DNA from: Rhizomicrobium sp.
GTDB taxonomy: Bacteria; Pseudomonadota; Alphaproteobacteria; Micropepsales; Micropepsaceae
Direction: 5' to 3'
DNA length: 64,000 nt
NCBI GenBank assembly: GCA_036512455.1
Contig: DATCAT010000014.1
Coordinates: forward strand, 157,205-221,204
A program made the position numbers and the translations under genes. Positions 46,762 through 56,979 of the stretch are shown piece by piece. The notes below the pieces were generated by a model. That model was not told where the DNA came from, searched no databases, and saw only the letters and a list, made by a program, of their open reading frames with translations. Position 1 is the first letter of the stretch, and every line of letters begins with the position of its first letter.

Positions 46762-47826
46762 ATGCACTTGGCGCAAGTCGAAGACACGGGCCGGATCACC
46801 GATCCGCAGACCGCTGCCGCGACGGCGGGGCTGCGCTATGTCTCGGCGGACGATGGCGGCATTGCCCGGCGGCGTGCCGGCAGGGGCTTTTCTTATGCCG
46901 ACGGGGACGGCGCCACGATCCGCGACAAGGCGACATTGACGCGCATCGCCAAGCTCGCGATCCCTCCGGCTTGGCGCGATGTCTGGATTTGCGACCGCGC
47001 CAACGGCCATCTCCAGGCCACGGGCCTCGATGCCAGGGGTCGCAAGCAATATCGCTACAACGACGAATTCCGCCAATTGCGCGAGAGCGCGAAATTCGAG
47101 CATATCCTGATCTTCGGCCAGGTATTGCCCACGATCCGCGCAACGGCCGCCACGGACATGGCGCGCCATGGCCTGCCGCGTGAAAAAGTGCTGGCGACGA
47201 TCGTGCATCTGCTGGAGACGACGCTGGTGCGCGTCGGAAACAAGGACTATGCCAAAGCGAACGGCAGTTACGGCCTCACGACGCTACGCGAGCCGCATGT
47301 CGAGATCCATTGCGGCACACTACGCTTTCAATTCAGGGGCAAGAGCGGCAAGACCTGGAAGCTGAAGGTGCAGGACCGCCGCGTCGCGAAAATCGTGCGG
47401 GCCTGCCAGGACCTGCCCGGCCAGCAGCTGTTCCAATATCTCGATGACGACGGCGCGCGGCAGGGTGTCGATTCAACCGACGTGAACGCTTATCTGAAGG
47501 AGATCACCGGCTGCGAGATCACCGCCAAGGATTTCCGCACCTGGTTCGGCACCGTGGCCGCCGCGGTTGCGCTGCACGAACGGGGGCATTGCGAGACGGC
47601 AACCGAAACGAAGAAGACGGAGCGCGAGATCATCGCGGCCGTCGCAGGCCGGCTCGGCAATACGCCGGCCGTTTGCCGCAAATGCTATGTCCACCCGCTT
47701 GTGCTGTCAGCCTACGCCGATGGTGCGTTGGCGCTGCGGGTCTCGCACGGCGATGCCGACGACAAGACCAAGCTCTCGCCGGAGGAGGCGGCGGTGTATC
47801 GGTTTTTGGTGGGGCGGCTCAATTGA
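46762..47826 (+). CDS. Bacterial DNA topoisomerase IB
   Basis: IPPAWRDVWIC, RKQYRY, FRGKSG, TAKDFRTW, LGNTPAVCRKCYVHP (catalytic Tyr). Confidence 0.92.
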   Translation: MHLAQVEDTGRITDPQTAAATAGLRYVSADDGGIARRRAGRGFSYADGDGATIRDKATLTRIAKLAIPPAWRDVWICDRANGHLQATGLDARGRKQYRYNDEFRQLRESAKFEHILIFGQVLPTIRATAATDMARHGLPREKVLATIVHLLETTLVRVGNKDYAKANGSYGLTTLREPHVEIHCGTLRFQFRGKSGKTWKLKVQDRRVAKIVRACQDLPGQQLFQYLDDDGARQGVDSTDVNAYLKEITGCEITAKDFRTWFGTVAAAVALHERGHCETATETKKTEREIIAAVAGRLGNTPAVCRKCYVHPLVLSAYADGALALRVSHGDADDKTKLSPEEAAVYRFLVGRLN

Positions 47827-47856
47827 TCCTCAACTCTCCAAAGGGGAGATGAAAAA

Positions 47857-48627
47857 TCAAATCGTCCCGTCGAGGAAGTCGAACACGCTGGCCTTGAACA
47901 GCGCATGACCGATGATCGAGAAGTGATCGACGCCCGGGACCCGGACGGCGCGGCCGTCGGAAAAGACATCGGCAAGCGGCTGCGGGTCGCCCGCCAGCTC
48001 ATCGCGGGCGCCCGCGATCACCAGCACCGGAACATCCAGCTTCGCCAGTTCTTCTTTGGCGAACGGCTCGTCCTTGGCCCGGGTCAACGCCGCCAGCGCC
48101 AGACGGTCCTCGCCCTGGTCGTCGGCGAATTGGCGAAAGCTCTTCAGCATCGGCTCCTTGATGCTGTCGGGGTTGGCGGCCTCCATGGCATCGGCCATCG
48201 GAGTGCCGGCGATGGTGCGCGGCTCGAACAGTTTCTCGCCGATGCCGCCGATGGTGAGCGTGGCGAAACGTTTGGGCGCGCGTAACGCCGCCGCCAGCGC
48301 CAGCCGCGAACCCATCGAGAAGCCGAGGAGATGGGCGCGCTCGAGATCCAGATGGTCCATCAGCGCCAGGATGTCGCCCGCCATGTTCTCGCGGCCATAC
48401 GCCGCCGGATCGTGCGGCTTGGCGCTCTCACCATGGCCTCGGCAATCCAACGCGATGGTGCGGATGCGCTTGCGCTCCAGCGCGCCGTACCAGCCCAGCC
48501 TGCGCCAGTTCTCGACTCTGTTGGAGGTGAAGCCGTGGACGAGGATCATCGGCCGGCCCTCGCCGGGGCCGGCGATATCGTCATAGGCCAGTGTCAGCCC
48601 GCCGGACTCGAACGTCGCCATCGCCAT
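47857..48627 (-). CDS. Alpha/beta hydrolase
   Basis: LVHGF, GFSMG nucleophile elbow, GARDEL, VDHF. Confidence 0.88.
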   Translation of the reverse strand: MAMATFESGGLTLAYDDIAGPGEGRPMILVHGFTSNRVENWRRLGWYGALERKRIRTIALDCRGHGESAKPHDPAAYGRENMAGDILALMDHLDLERAHLLGFSMGSRLALAAALRAPKRFATLTIGGIGEKLFEPRTIAGTPMADAMEAANPDSIKEPMLKSFRQFADDQGEDRLALAALTRAKDEPFAKEELAKLDVPVLVIAGARDELAGDPQPLADVFSDGRAVRVPGVDHFSIIGHALFKASVFDFLDGTI

Positions 48628-48691
48628 ATTGTCCGGCGAAGGCGGACCGAGTGCAACTGGAGCGTGGCCGCGAGGCCGAGCGACCGTTAAA

Positions 48692-49165
48692 TCAAGCCGG
48701 CTTGAAGCCCAGCGCCACGCCGTCCATGCAGTAACGCAGGCCCGTGGGCTTGGGCCCGTCGTCGAAGACATGGCCGAGGTGTCCGCCGCAGCGGCGGCAA
48801 TGGACCTCGGTCCTGGTCTCGAAGAAGCTGGTGTCGGTCGTGGTCAGCACGGCGTTCGCCAGCGGCTGCCAGAAGCTCGGCCAACCCGTGCCGCTGTCGA
48901 ACTTGGTGGCCGAAGCGAACAGGGGCAGGGCGCAGCCGGCGCAGGTGAACGTGCCCTTGCGATGCTCGTTCAAGAGGGGGCTGGTGTAGGGCTGTTCGGT
49001 GCCTTGCTCGCGCAGGATGTGGAACGCCTCGGGCGACAGCAGGTGGCGCCACTCGGCTTCGCTGTGCGTCACCTCATAGCCCTTGGCCAGGGCCGGCAGC
49101 GCGCCCAGCGCGGCACCGGCGCCGCCCAGCATGAGAAGCTGCAAAAGATTGCGTCTGTTTGTCAT
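48692..49165 (-). CDS. msrB: Tat-exported methionine-R-sulfoxide reductase
   Basis: RRNLL Tat signal; KFDSGTGWPSF, CGGHLGHVFDDGP, RYCMDG. Confidence 0.95.
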   Translation of the reverse strand: MTNRRNLLQLLMLGGAGAALGALPALAKGYEVTHSEAEWRHLLSPEAFHILREQGTEQPYTSPLLNEHRKGTFTCAGCALPLFASATKFDSGTGWPSFWQPLANAVLTTTDTSFFETRTEVHCRRCGGHLGHVFDDGPKPTGLRYCMDGVALGFKPA

Positions 49166-49818
49166 CGCGTGTCTCCGTCCGTCTTCTTGTTCTGATCGAC
49201 CATGGCCATCACGTCGGCCGATGAGCCCGATGGCGCCGCCACTTCGACGATGCGCTCGTCGACATCGTCATATTCCAGGCGCAACGCCTTGGCGATCACC
49301 GCGTGCATGTCGTACATGCCGACGGTGTAGGTGAATTCGAGGATTTCCTCGTCCGAGAGATGTTTCTTGAGCGTCGCGAAGACGCCGTCCGCGACGCGGC
49401 CGCCGTCATAGACCATCGCATCGGTATAGGCGAGCAGGGCGCGCTCGATCTCGCTGTAGCAGGTCGCGACCTGCCAATGCGCGATGCCAGCGATCTTGTC
49501 CTCGGCGAGGCCGACGCTGCGCGCAGCCTTGCAGTGCTGCGAATAGACGAACTGGCTGCCGCGCGCCCAGCCGACGCGGGTCTGACCGATCTCGCGGTAT
49601 TTGGGGTCGAGCTTGCGCTTGCCGCGGTAGAACTGGAATCCCGCCACGGCATGATCGAAGGCGTCCGGTACCAGCGCGAAGACGGTCCACCAGTTTCCGG
49701 ACGTGCCGGTGGCGGTGCCGGGCTCGACAACGGGGTCGCGATCGCCAAACAGCGACTTGTAAACGGCCTTGGCGAACGGATGGGCGTCATCTTTGCCGAC
49801 CTGGCGCAATCTGGGCAT
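49162..49818 (-). CDS. Carboxymuconolactone decarboxylase/AhpD-like protein
   Basis: REIGQTRVG...FVYSQHC; helical CMD-like pattern; overlaps the msrB start by 4 bp. Confidence 0.7.
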   Translation of the reverse strand: MPRLRQVGKDDAHPFAKAVYKSLFGDRDPVVEPGTATGTSGNWWTVFALVPDAFDHAVAGFQFYRGKRKLDPKYREIGQTRVGWARGSQFVYSQHCKAARSVGLAEDKIAGIAHWQVATCYSEIERALLAYTDAMVYDGGRVADGVFATLKKHLSDEEILEFTYTVGMYDMHAVIAKALRLEYDDVDERIVEVAAPSGSSADVMAMVDQNKKTDGDTR

Positions 49819-49822
49819 GGCT

Positions 49823-50704
49823 TCACTCCCCCTTATTCGGTCCCGCCAGCGCTTTGGTTACAGCCAGGAGCTCCGGCAGTTTCATGATCTCGTTGTAATG
49901 GGTGAAGCTTGAACGGCTGGCGTCCAGGCTCTTACGGTTTCCCGCGAGCAGCAGATCATAGATCTCCTCCAGCCGCCTGGTGATCCCCAGCAAGGCGGAG
50001 ATCGGATAAAGGACGATTCTGTAGCCCAGCGCCTCCAGTTCGGTCACGGACAGCAGCGGCGTCTTGCCGTCCTCGACCAGGTTGACGATCAGCGCCACGC
50101 CCTTGAAGGTCTCGGCGACCCGGCGCAATTCCTCTTCGCTGCGCGGCGCCTCGATGAACAGGACATCCGCGCCCGCTTTGAGGAAATCGTCGCCGCGCGC
50201 CAGCGCTTCATCCAGGCCGTGCGTCGCCCGCGCGTCGGTGCGCGCCACGATCTTGAAGGCCTTGCTGGTCCGCGCCTGCGCGGCCGCGCGAATCTTCTGC
50301 GCGGCTTCGGTGCGGCTGACGACCTCCTTGTCTTCCATATGGCCGCAGCGCTTGGGCAGGACCTGGTCTTCCAATTGAATGGCCGCCGCGCCGGCGCGCT
50401 CATAGGCGCGCGTCAGCTGCGCCGCGTTCAGCGGTCCGCCATGACCGTTGTCGCCGTCGGCGATCAACGGCGTACTTTCGCATGCCCCCGCGACCACGCC
50501 GACGCGCGCGATCATGTCGCTCGCGCTGACCAGGCCGATGTCGGGCACGCCGAAGCCGGCGCCCGCGACGCCGAAGCCGGTCATGTAGAGCGCCCGCGCG
50601 CCGGCCCGCGCCGCGATGCGCGCCGACAGCGCGTCATGGACGCCGGGAACTATGGTTGCATGCGAATCCCGCAGGATTGCATCGAGCGATTCTGGTTCCT
50701 CCAT
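49823..50704 (-). CDS. Isocitrate lyase/PEP mutase family protein
   Basis: YMTGFG, DGDNGHG, LEDQVLPKRCGH, ARTDA, ADVLFIEA. Confidence 0.88.
   Translation of the reverse strand: MEEPESLDAILRDSHATIVPGVHDALSARIAARAGARALYMTGFGVAGAGFGVPDIGLVSASDMIARVGVVAGACESTPLIADGDNGHGGPLNAAQLTRAYERAGAAAIQLEDQVLPKRCGHMEDKEVVSRTEAAQKIRAAAQARTSKAFKIVARTDARATHGLDEALARGDDFLKAGADVLFIEAPRSEEELRRVAETFKGVALIVNLVEDGKTPLLSVTELEALGYRIVLYPISALLGITRRLEEIYDLLLAGNRKSLDASRSSFTHYNEIMKLPELLAVTKALAGPNKGE
49836..49861 (-). promoter_or_regulatory. ECF16-type promoter GTAACC-N16-CGAA inside the 3' end of the ICL/PEPM gene, facing CMD-msrB
   Basis: Exact motif on the minus strand, 17 bp upstream of the CMD ATG. Confidence 0.7.
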
Positions 50705-50732
50705 TTGTCGAATTTAATCCTTCTGCAGCGAC

Positions 50733-50757
50733 GGAACGCATTCCGGCGCTTGCCGTT
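50733..50757 (+). promoter_or_regulatory. EcfG/SigT-type promoter GGAAC-N16-CGTT upstream of csbD
   Basis: Consensus match; CsbD-family genes are typical general-stress targets. Confidence 0.7.
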
Positions 50758-50795
50758 TTATAACCGCAATTCGCCCCAAACAATGGAGAGAAAAC

Positions 50796-50984
50796 ATGGA
50801 CAAGGATCGCATCAATGGCGCGGCCAATCAGGCCAAGGGCGCCGTCAAGGAAGAAATCGGCAAGGCCACCGGCGACACCAAGCTGCAGACGGATGGCACG
50901 GCGGACAAGATGAAGGGCAAGGTCCAGAGCGCCGTCGGCGGCGTCAAGGATGCCGTCCGCGACCTGCGCGACGCAGCCGAATAG
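50796..50984 (+). CDS. csbD: CsbD-family general stress protein
   Basis: MDKDRINGAANQAKGAVKEEIGKATGDTKLQTDG..DKMKGKVQSAVG. Confidence 0.9.
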   Translation: MDKDRINGAANQAKGAVKEEIGKATGDTKLQTDGTADKMKGKVQSAVGGVKDAVRDLRDAAE

Positions 50985-51004
50985 GCCCTGCGCGTAACGA
51001 CAGG

Positions 51005-51037
51005 AAGGCCCGGCGAAAGCCGGGTCTTTCGCTTTTT
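51005..51037 (+). terminator. Rho-independent terminator (possibly bidirectional)
   Basis: AAGGCCCGGC-GAAA-GCCGGGTCTT followed by a T-rich tail. Confidence 0.8.
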
Positions 51038-51039
51038 GG

Positions 51040-52932
51040 CTACAGTGCCGCCGCTTCCTGGAACTGCAGATCGTAGAGCGTGTTGTACAATCCGCCCTTG
51101 GCGACCAGTTCCTCATGCGTGCCAATTTCGCGCACGCGGCCTTCGGTCAGCACCACGATGCGGTGCGCGTCCTTGATGGTCTGCAGACGGTGCGCGATGA
51201 TCACCGAGGTGCGCCCCTCGGTCAGTTTCAGCAGCGCGTCCTGGATCACCAACTCGGTCTCGGTGTCGATGCTGGCGGTGGCTTCGTCCAGCACCAGCAC
51301 TTCCGGATTCATCGCCAATACGCGGGCGAAGGCGAGCAGCTGGCGCTGGCCGTGGCTCAAATTTCGTCCGCGCTCGTTCAGCGGCGTGTCGTAGCCTTGC
51401 GGCAGGGCGCGGATGAAGGGATCGGCATGCACCAGCCTGGCGGCATGCTCGGCGACGTCGCGCGTGATGCGCGGATCGTTCAGCGCGATGTTGTCGTACA
51501 CGGTGCCTGAGAAGATGTGGAAATCCTGCAGCACCACGCCGATGCGCTTGCGGATATCCGACGGCCGGATCTGCATGACGTCGATGCCGTCGAGGAAAAT
51601 GCTGTCGTCCGGCACGTCGTAGAAGCGGCAGAGCAGGCGGATCAGGCTGGTCTTGCCCGATCCGGTCGGGCCGACGATGGCGATGCGCTCGCCCGGATGG
51701 ATGGTGAAGCTGACGTCTTTCAGGATCGGATGCTCCGGCATGTAGCCGAAGGTGAGATGCTTGAATTCGACGCTGCCGTGCAGATCGGCGGGCAGGGCAA
51801 TCGGATGCTCCGGCTCCTTCAGGGCTTCATTCCAGTCCAGTGCCTGGAAGATGCGCTCGCCGCTCGCCATGGCGCGGAACAGAACGTTCCACTGCTCGCC
51901 CATCGCCACGATCGGCGCGAACAGCATGTTGAGGAATTGCGTGAACAGGAACAGCACGCCGACCGTCATCTCGTTGTGCAACACCAGATGGCCGCCGAAC
52001 CAGACGATCGCCGCGATGCCGATATAGTTCATGCCGTCTATGAAGGGGCCGTAGAAGCTTTCGATCGTCGTCGCTTTGGTCTCGCTGACGCGGTTCTCGT
52101 TGTTGATCGCCGAATAGCGCTCGAAATTGATCTTCTCGCGGCCATAAAGCTGCACGACTTCGATGCCGGAGAGGTTCTCCTGCAGGTTCTCGTTGAGCCG
52201 CGAGATCGTCATGCGGATGGCGCGGTAGAGCGGCCGCGACATGCGCCGGAACAGCCAGGTGAAGAGCCCCGCCACCGGCATCACCGGCAGCAATTCGAGC
52301 GTCAGCGTCGGCGACAGCGTCAGCATGATCGTGATGGCGACGAAGAACGGCACGAACTGGCCGGCGAGCTGGCCGAAGCCGGCGAACAGCTCGAACAGCG
52401 TTTCGACGTCGTTGGCGACGCGCGTCATCACGCGGCCCACCGCGACGCGGTCGTAGAAGCTCGACGGCAGATGCTCCAGATGCTCAAACAGGTCGCAGCG
52501 CAGATCGCGCAGCGTGTTGAGCGTCGCGCGTCCGAACAGGATGCCGAAGCCGCGGCCGAAGGCGGCGGCCAGCAGCACCCAGACGATGAACTGGAGGCAG
52601 GCGGCATTGATCGGCGTCGTGCCGAGCGTCGCCGACAGCCAATGGTTGAGCGCGACCTGGCCCAGATCGCCGATCCGCTGGCCGGCATGCCCCTGCTGCA
52701 GGATGCCGTCGATCAGGACGCGGTTGACCACCACCGGCCCCATGATCGAGGCCACCGCCGCCAGCAGCACCAGCACCAGCGATGCAATGGCTTGGCCGCG
52801 ATAGGGCCGCATCCAGTGCATCAGGCGCGAAACCTGGTGGACGTCCAGGCTTTTGCCATAGACGTCGTCGTCGAAGGCGCCCCTCATGCGGCGCGGCGCG
52901 GCGGGCCTTTCGTTCAAGGTCGCATCGCTCAT
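51040..52932 (-). CDS. ABC exporter half-transporter (TMD plus NBD), MdlB-like
   Basis: GPTGSGKT, LSHGQRQ, VLDEATASIDTETE. Start taken at MSDATLNER. Confidence 0.92.
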   Translation of the reverse strand: MSDATLNERPAAPRRMRGAFDDDVYGKSLDVHQVSRLMHWMRPYRGQAIASLVLVLLAAVASIMGPVVVNRVLIDGILQQGHAGQRIGDLGQVALNHWLSATLGTTPINAACLQFIVWVLLAAAFGRGFGILFGRATLNTLRDLRCDLFEHLEHLPSSFYDRVAVGRVMTRVANDVETLFELFAGFGQLAGQFVPFFVAITIMLTLSPTLTLELLPVMPVAGLFTWLFRRMSRPLYRAIRMTISRLNENLQENLSGIEVVQLYGREKINFERYSAINNENRVSETKATTIESFYGPFIDGMNYIGIAAIVWFGGHLVLHNEMTVGVLFLFTQFLNMLFAPIVAMGEQWNVLFRAMASGERIFQALDWNEALKEPEHPIALPADLHGSVEFKHLTFGYMPEHPILKDVSFTIHPGERIAIVGPTGSGKTSLIRLLCRFYDVPDDSIFLDGIDVMQIRPSDIRKRIGVVLQDFHIFSGTVYDNIALNDPRITRDVAEHAARLVHADPFIRALPQGYDTPLNERGRNLSHGQRQLLAFARVLAMNPEVLVLDEATASIDTETELVIQDALLKLTEGRTSVIIAHRLQTIKDAHRIVVLTEGRVREIGTHEELVAKGGLYNTLYDLQFQEAAAL

Positions 52933-54785
52933 TTCGCGGCCTCGATCGCATGGCCGACCTCGCGTTCGAGATCCTGCACCAGCTCCTCGCGCCGGCCCTG
53001 GGCGCGCGCGAAATTGGCGTAGATGCCGCCGCGCGCGATCAGCTCGGCATGGCTGCCGAGCTCGGCCACCCGGCCGGCGTCCAGTACCACGATGCGGTCG
53101 GCATGGCGGGCGGTGGAAATGCGGTGCGACACCAGCAGCGTCGTGCGTCCGGCGCGCAGCGATTTCAGCCGCGAGAGAATATGCTCCTCGGTCTCGGTGT
53201 CGACGCTGGAGAAGCAATCGTCGAGCAGCAGCACGGCGGTGTCGCGGATCAGGCCGCGCGCCAGGCTGGTGCGCTGCTTCTGGCCGCCGGACAGCGTCAC
53301 GCCGCGCTCGCCGACCAGCGTGCGCAGGTGGTCGGGAAAGCGTTCGATGGTCTCTTCCAGATCGGCCGCTTCGGCGGCGTCGCGGATTTCGCCTTCCTCG
53401 CGCATCGGATTGTCGTAGGAAATGTTGCGCCCCAGCTCGTCGGCGAACAGGAAGGGATCCTGCGGCACCAGCGCGATCTGGCCGCGCACCTGGGCGATCG
53501 GCAGCAGGCGGATGTCGCGGCCGTCGAGATAGACCGTGCCGGGCGGCGGATCGAGCAGCCTGACGATCGAGCGCAGCAGCGTCGATTTTCCCGAGCCGAC
53601 GCGGCCCAGAATCGCGATCATCTCGCCGGCCTTCACCTCCAGCGAGACATCGTTCAACGCCGCCAGACCGGTCGCCACCGCTTTGGCATCGGTGCCGCGC
53701 GCGTCCTTCGCCGAAGCGCGCCGCGGATAGGTGTAGGACAGATGCTGCAGCTTGATGTCGCCGCCGATCCTGTCCAGCGGCCGCGCCTCGCCGGCGTCGC
53801 GAATCTCCGGCTCGTGGTCGAGGACCTCGAACAGCCGCGCCGCGCCCGACGAACCGCGCTGGAACATCGAGACGATCTGTCCCGATTGCTGGATCGGCTG
53901 CACCGCGATGTTGAGGTAGAGCATGAAGGCGATGAAGGTGCCGACCGACATTTCGTGGCTTAAGACCTGCCAGCCGCCGAAGCCCATGATGATCGTGACG
54001 GCGATGCCGGTGAACACCACCATCCAGGCGTTCAGCGCCGCATTCATCACCATCAGGCGGAAGTAATTGTCGGCATAGGCGCCTGACACCGCCTTGAAGC
54101 GCGCGACCTCGCGGTCTTCCTGGGCATGGGTCTGGATGGTGCGGATGCCGTTGAGGTTCTCCTGCACGGATTCCGACAGCGAGGAGAAGCCTTCCTGCAC
54201 CAGCGTCGACTGCTCATAGATGCGGCGCGACAGGTAGAAGCCCATGCCGGCGATGAACGGCATCACCGGCAGCAGCCACAGCGTCAGCTTCGGCGACAGG
54301 AACAGCATGAAGGCGAAGGCGATGACGCCGGAGAAGCCGAGCACGATCAAGGTGCGCGAACCGATGCTGATCAGCTGCCGCACCAGGTTCAGATCGTTGA
54401 TGGCGCGCGCCATCAGATCGCCGGTGGGAAAGCGTGCGAAGAAGCGCGGCCCCTGCAATTCGAAGTGCCAGTACAGCCGCTCGCGCATGTCATAGGCCAC
54501 GGTCACGCCCGTCAGGCGCACCAGCTGCCGTCCGTACGCCACCGTCACGTAACGCGCTGCCGCCAGACCCAGTATGCCCAGCATGGGTGTGAGCAGATTC
54601 CAGTTGTGGGCGCTGATCCCGTCCACGGTCCGGCGCACCAGCAGCGGCATCCCCGCTTCGAACACGCGCCCCAGGCAGATGTAGAACATCCCGCCCCAGA
54701 ACTTGGCGCGATGCTTGTTGATGAGCGGCAGCACGCGCCAAAGAGGGCTGCGTCGTGTCCGCCGCGGTGTTTCAGAGACGCTCAA
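52929..54785 (-). CDS. ABC exporter half-transporter (TMD plus NBD), MdlA-like; start uncertain (TTG 54785)
   Basis: GRVGSGKS, LSGGQKQR, LLDDCFSSVD (degenerate Walker B); FPTGDLMAR. Confidence 0.9.
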   Translation of the reverse strand: MSVSETPRRTRRSPLWRVLPLINKHRAKFWGGMFYICLGRVFEAGMPLLVRRTVDGISAHNWNLLTPMLGILGLAAARYVTVAYGRQLVRLTGVTVAYDMRERLYWHFELQGPRFFARFPTGDLMARAINDLNLVRQLISIGSRTLIVLGFSGVIAFAFMLFLSPKLTLWLLPVMPFIAGMGFYLSRRIYEQSTLVQEGFSSLSESVQENLNGIRTIQTHAQEDREVARFKAVSGAYADNYFRLMVMNAALNAWMVVFTGIAVTIIMGFGGWQVLSHEMSVGTFIAFMLYLNIAVQPIQQSGQIVSMFQRGSSGAARLFEVLDHEPEIRDAGEARPLDRIGGDIKLQHLSYTYPRRASAKDARGTDAKAVATGLAALNDVSLEVKAGEMIAILGRVGSGKSTLLRSIVRLLDPPPGTVYLDGRDIRLLPIAQVRGQIALVPQDPFLFADELGRNISYDNPMREEGEIRDAAEAADLEETIERFPDHLRTLVGERGVTLSGGQKQRTSLARGLIRDTAVLLLDDCFSSVDTETEEHILSRLKSLRAGRTTLLVSHRISTARHADRIVVLDAGRVAELGSHAELIARGGIYANFARAQGRREELVQDLEREVGHAIEAAK

Positions 54786-54984
54786 TCGATCCGTCGGCGC
54801 GTTGGCGCCGCCTGTCCTGACCGCCGCATGGCGGCGATTTTGTTGTTTGATTCCGGCGAATTGTACGAACGCGGTTTGCCCAGTGCCAGTCCTATTGCTG
54901 CACTGCACCGCACAATTGCCGATTGCGACAATTGCGCCGCGAGGGCGGCCTACCTACCTTGATGTGCTGACGGAGGGGCGCCGG

Positions 54985-56979
54985 ATGAAAACGGTATGTT
55001 GGGCCGCGTTTGCCTTGGGGCTGTCGCTCGCGCCGGCGCTGGCGCAGGACGACTTTGCCCCGCCGACACCGGCCGAGGCCGCCGAGCTGGTCGCCAAGCC
55101 GATCCCTTCGGGTCCGACCAATGACGGCGCCGGGCTCACGGCGAGCGATGTCGCGGCGTTTTCGGACGGTCTGGTGCCGGCGAGCCTGGCGGAGGGCGAT
55201 ATCGCCGGCGCCGTGGTCGTGGTGGTCAAGGACGGCCGGGTGCTCTTCCAGAAGGGCTACGGCGTCTCCGACGTCGCCACCCAGGCGCCGGTCGATCCGG
55301 AGCGGACGCTGTTTCGGCCGGGTTCGGTCTCCAAGCTCTTTGTCTGGACGTCGATCATGCAGCTTGTGGGAGAGGGCAAGCTCGACCTCGACCGCGACAT
55401 CAACGCCTATCTCGATTTCCCCGTGCCGCCCGCCTTCGGCAAGCCGGTCACCTTGCGCAATTTGATGACCCATACGGCGGGCTTCGAGGAGGCGCTGCGT
55501 CCGCTGGTCATCGGCGGCCCCGGACCGCTCGAAGCGCTCGACAAACTGCTCAAGGATTCGATGCCGGCGCGCGTCTATCCGCCCGGCGAGGTGCCTGCTT
55601 ATTCAAATTACGGCGCAACGCTGGCCGGCTACATCGTGCAGCGCGTCTCGGGCGAGAACTTCAACGACTATGTCCAGCGCCACATCTTCGCGCCCCTGGG
55701 CATGAAGCACGCCACATTCGTCCAGCCGCTGCCGCCGGCGCTCAACCGCGACATGTCGAAGGGCTATGAAAACGCGGCCGGGGCGGCGGTACCGTTCGAG
55801 ATGATCTCGATGGCGCCGGCCGGCGGCTTGTCGGCCAGCGGCGGCGACATCGCGCGCTTCATGCTCGCCCATCTGGGCGATGGGGCTTACGGCGATGCCC
55901 GCATCCTGCCGGCGCAGCTGGCGGTGCGCATGCACGGCATGGCGTTTCGCCCCTTTGCCGATCTGCCGCCGATGGCCTACGGCTTCTATCATGAGGATAT
56001 GAACGGCCACGTGCTGATCCAGCATGACGGAGACACCGGCGTCTTTTGCTCGATGCTCACATTGGTGCTCGACGCCGATACCGGCATCTTCATTTCCATC
56101 AACAGCAGCGGCAAGGACTTCGCCTCGAGCAAGCTGCGCGCCGCCTATCTGCTCGGATTCATGGCCCGTTATTTCCCGCCGCCGCACCAGGCTGCGATGC
56201 CGACGCTGCCGTCGGCGCATGTCGATGGGCTGAAAATCGCCGGCACCTATCAGATCAGCCGTCGCGGCGAGACCAATTTCATGCGTTTCGTTTTCTTGTT
56301 TCAGCCGGTCTCCATCGCTCTCAATCCGGACGACACGATCACCGTTTCCGATCTCGTCAATTTCGCCGGTCGTCCCAAGACGTGGCGCGAGGTCAAACCG
56401 TTTCTCTGGCGTGAGGTCAATGGCGACCGCTATGTGCAGGCCAGGCTCCAGGGTGGCCGGATCGAGCAGGTCGGGTCCGACCAGTTCGGCCCGGTGGGCG
56501 TCTTGCAGCCGGCGCCGCTGCTGACGAGTTCGGCGTGGAACACCCCGCTGCTGTTCGCGACGCTGGGCATGCTGGCGCTGACCGTCCTGTTCTGGCCGCT
56601 CAAGGCGGTGCTGCGCTGGCGTTACGAGCGGCCGTTGCCGCTGGCCGGCCGCGCGCGGCTGCTGTACCGCTTGACGCGGCTCGTCGCGCTGCTCGATTTC
56701 ATCTTCTTGGCCGGCTGGCCGATCTTCCTGTTGACCGTTACCGCGAGGCTGGAGAGCCACGGCGCCGGCAGCGATCTGGTGCTGCGCACGATTCAAGTGC
56801 TGGGCGTGATCGGCATTCTCGGCACGCCGGCGCCAGTCCTCAATTTTGCCTTCGGTCTGAAGGATCCTTCGCGGCCCTGGTGGACGAAGGCGAGCGATCT
56901 GCTCATCGTCCTGGCCGCCCTGGCCACCGTCTGGTTCGCTTTCAGCGAGAACCTTCTGACCTGGAGCCTGAAATATTGA
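54985..56979 (+). CDS. Serine hydrolase (beta-lactamase/PBP family) with C-terminal membrane anchor
   Basis: Signal peptide; SVSK (SxxK), YSNYG (YxN), LMTHTAG; about 4 C-terminal TM helices. Confidence 0.88.
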   Translation: MKTVCWAAFALGLSLAPALAQDDFAPPTPAEAAELVAKPIPSGPTNDGAGLTASDVAAFSDGLVPASLAEGDIAGAVVVVVKDGRVLFQKGYGVSDVATQAPVDPERTLFRPGSVSKLFVWTSIMQLVGEGKLDLDRDINAYLDFPVPPAFGKPVTLRNLMTHTAGFEEALRPLVIGGPGPLEALDKLLKDSMPARVYPPGEVPAYSNYGATLAGYIVQRVSGENFNDYVQRHIFAPLGMKHATFVQPLPPALNRDMSKGYENAAGAAVPFEMISMAPAGGLSASGGDIARFMLAHLGDGAYGDARILPAQLAVRMHGMAFRPFADLPPMAYGFYHEDMNGHVLIQHDGDTGVFCSMLTLVLDADTGIFISINSSGKDFASSKLRAAYLLGFMARYFPPPHQAAMPTLPSAHVDGLKIAGTYQISRRGETNFMRFVFLFQPVSIALNPDDTITVSDLVNFAGRPKTWREVKPFLWREVNGDRYVQARLQGGRIEQVGSDQFGPVGVLQPAPLLTSSAWNTPLLFATLGMLALTVLFWPLKAVLRWRYERPLPLAGRARLLYRLTRLVALLDFIFLAGWPIFLLTVTARLESHGAGSDLVLRTIQVLGVIGILGTPAPVLNFAFGLKDPSRPWWTKASDLLIVLAALATVWFAFSENLLTWSLKY

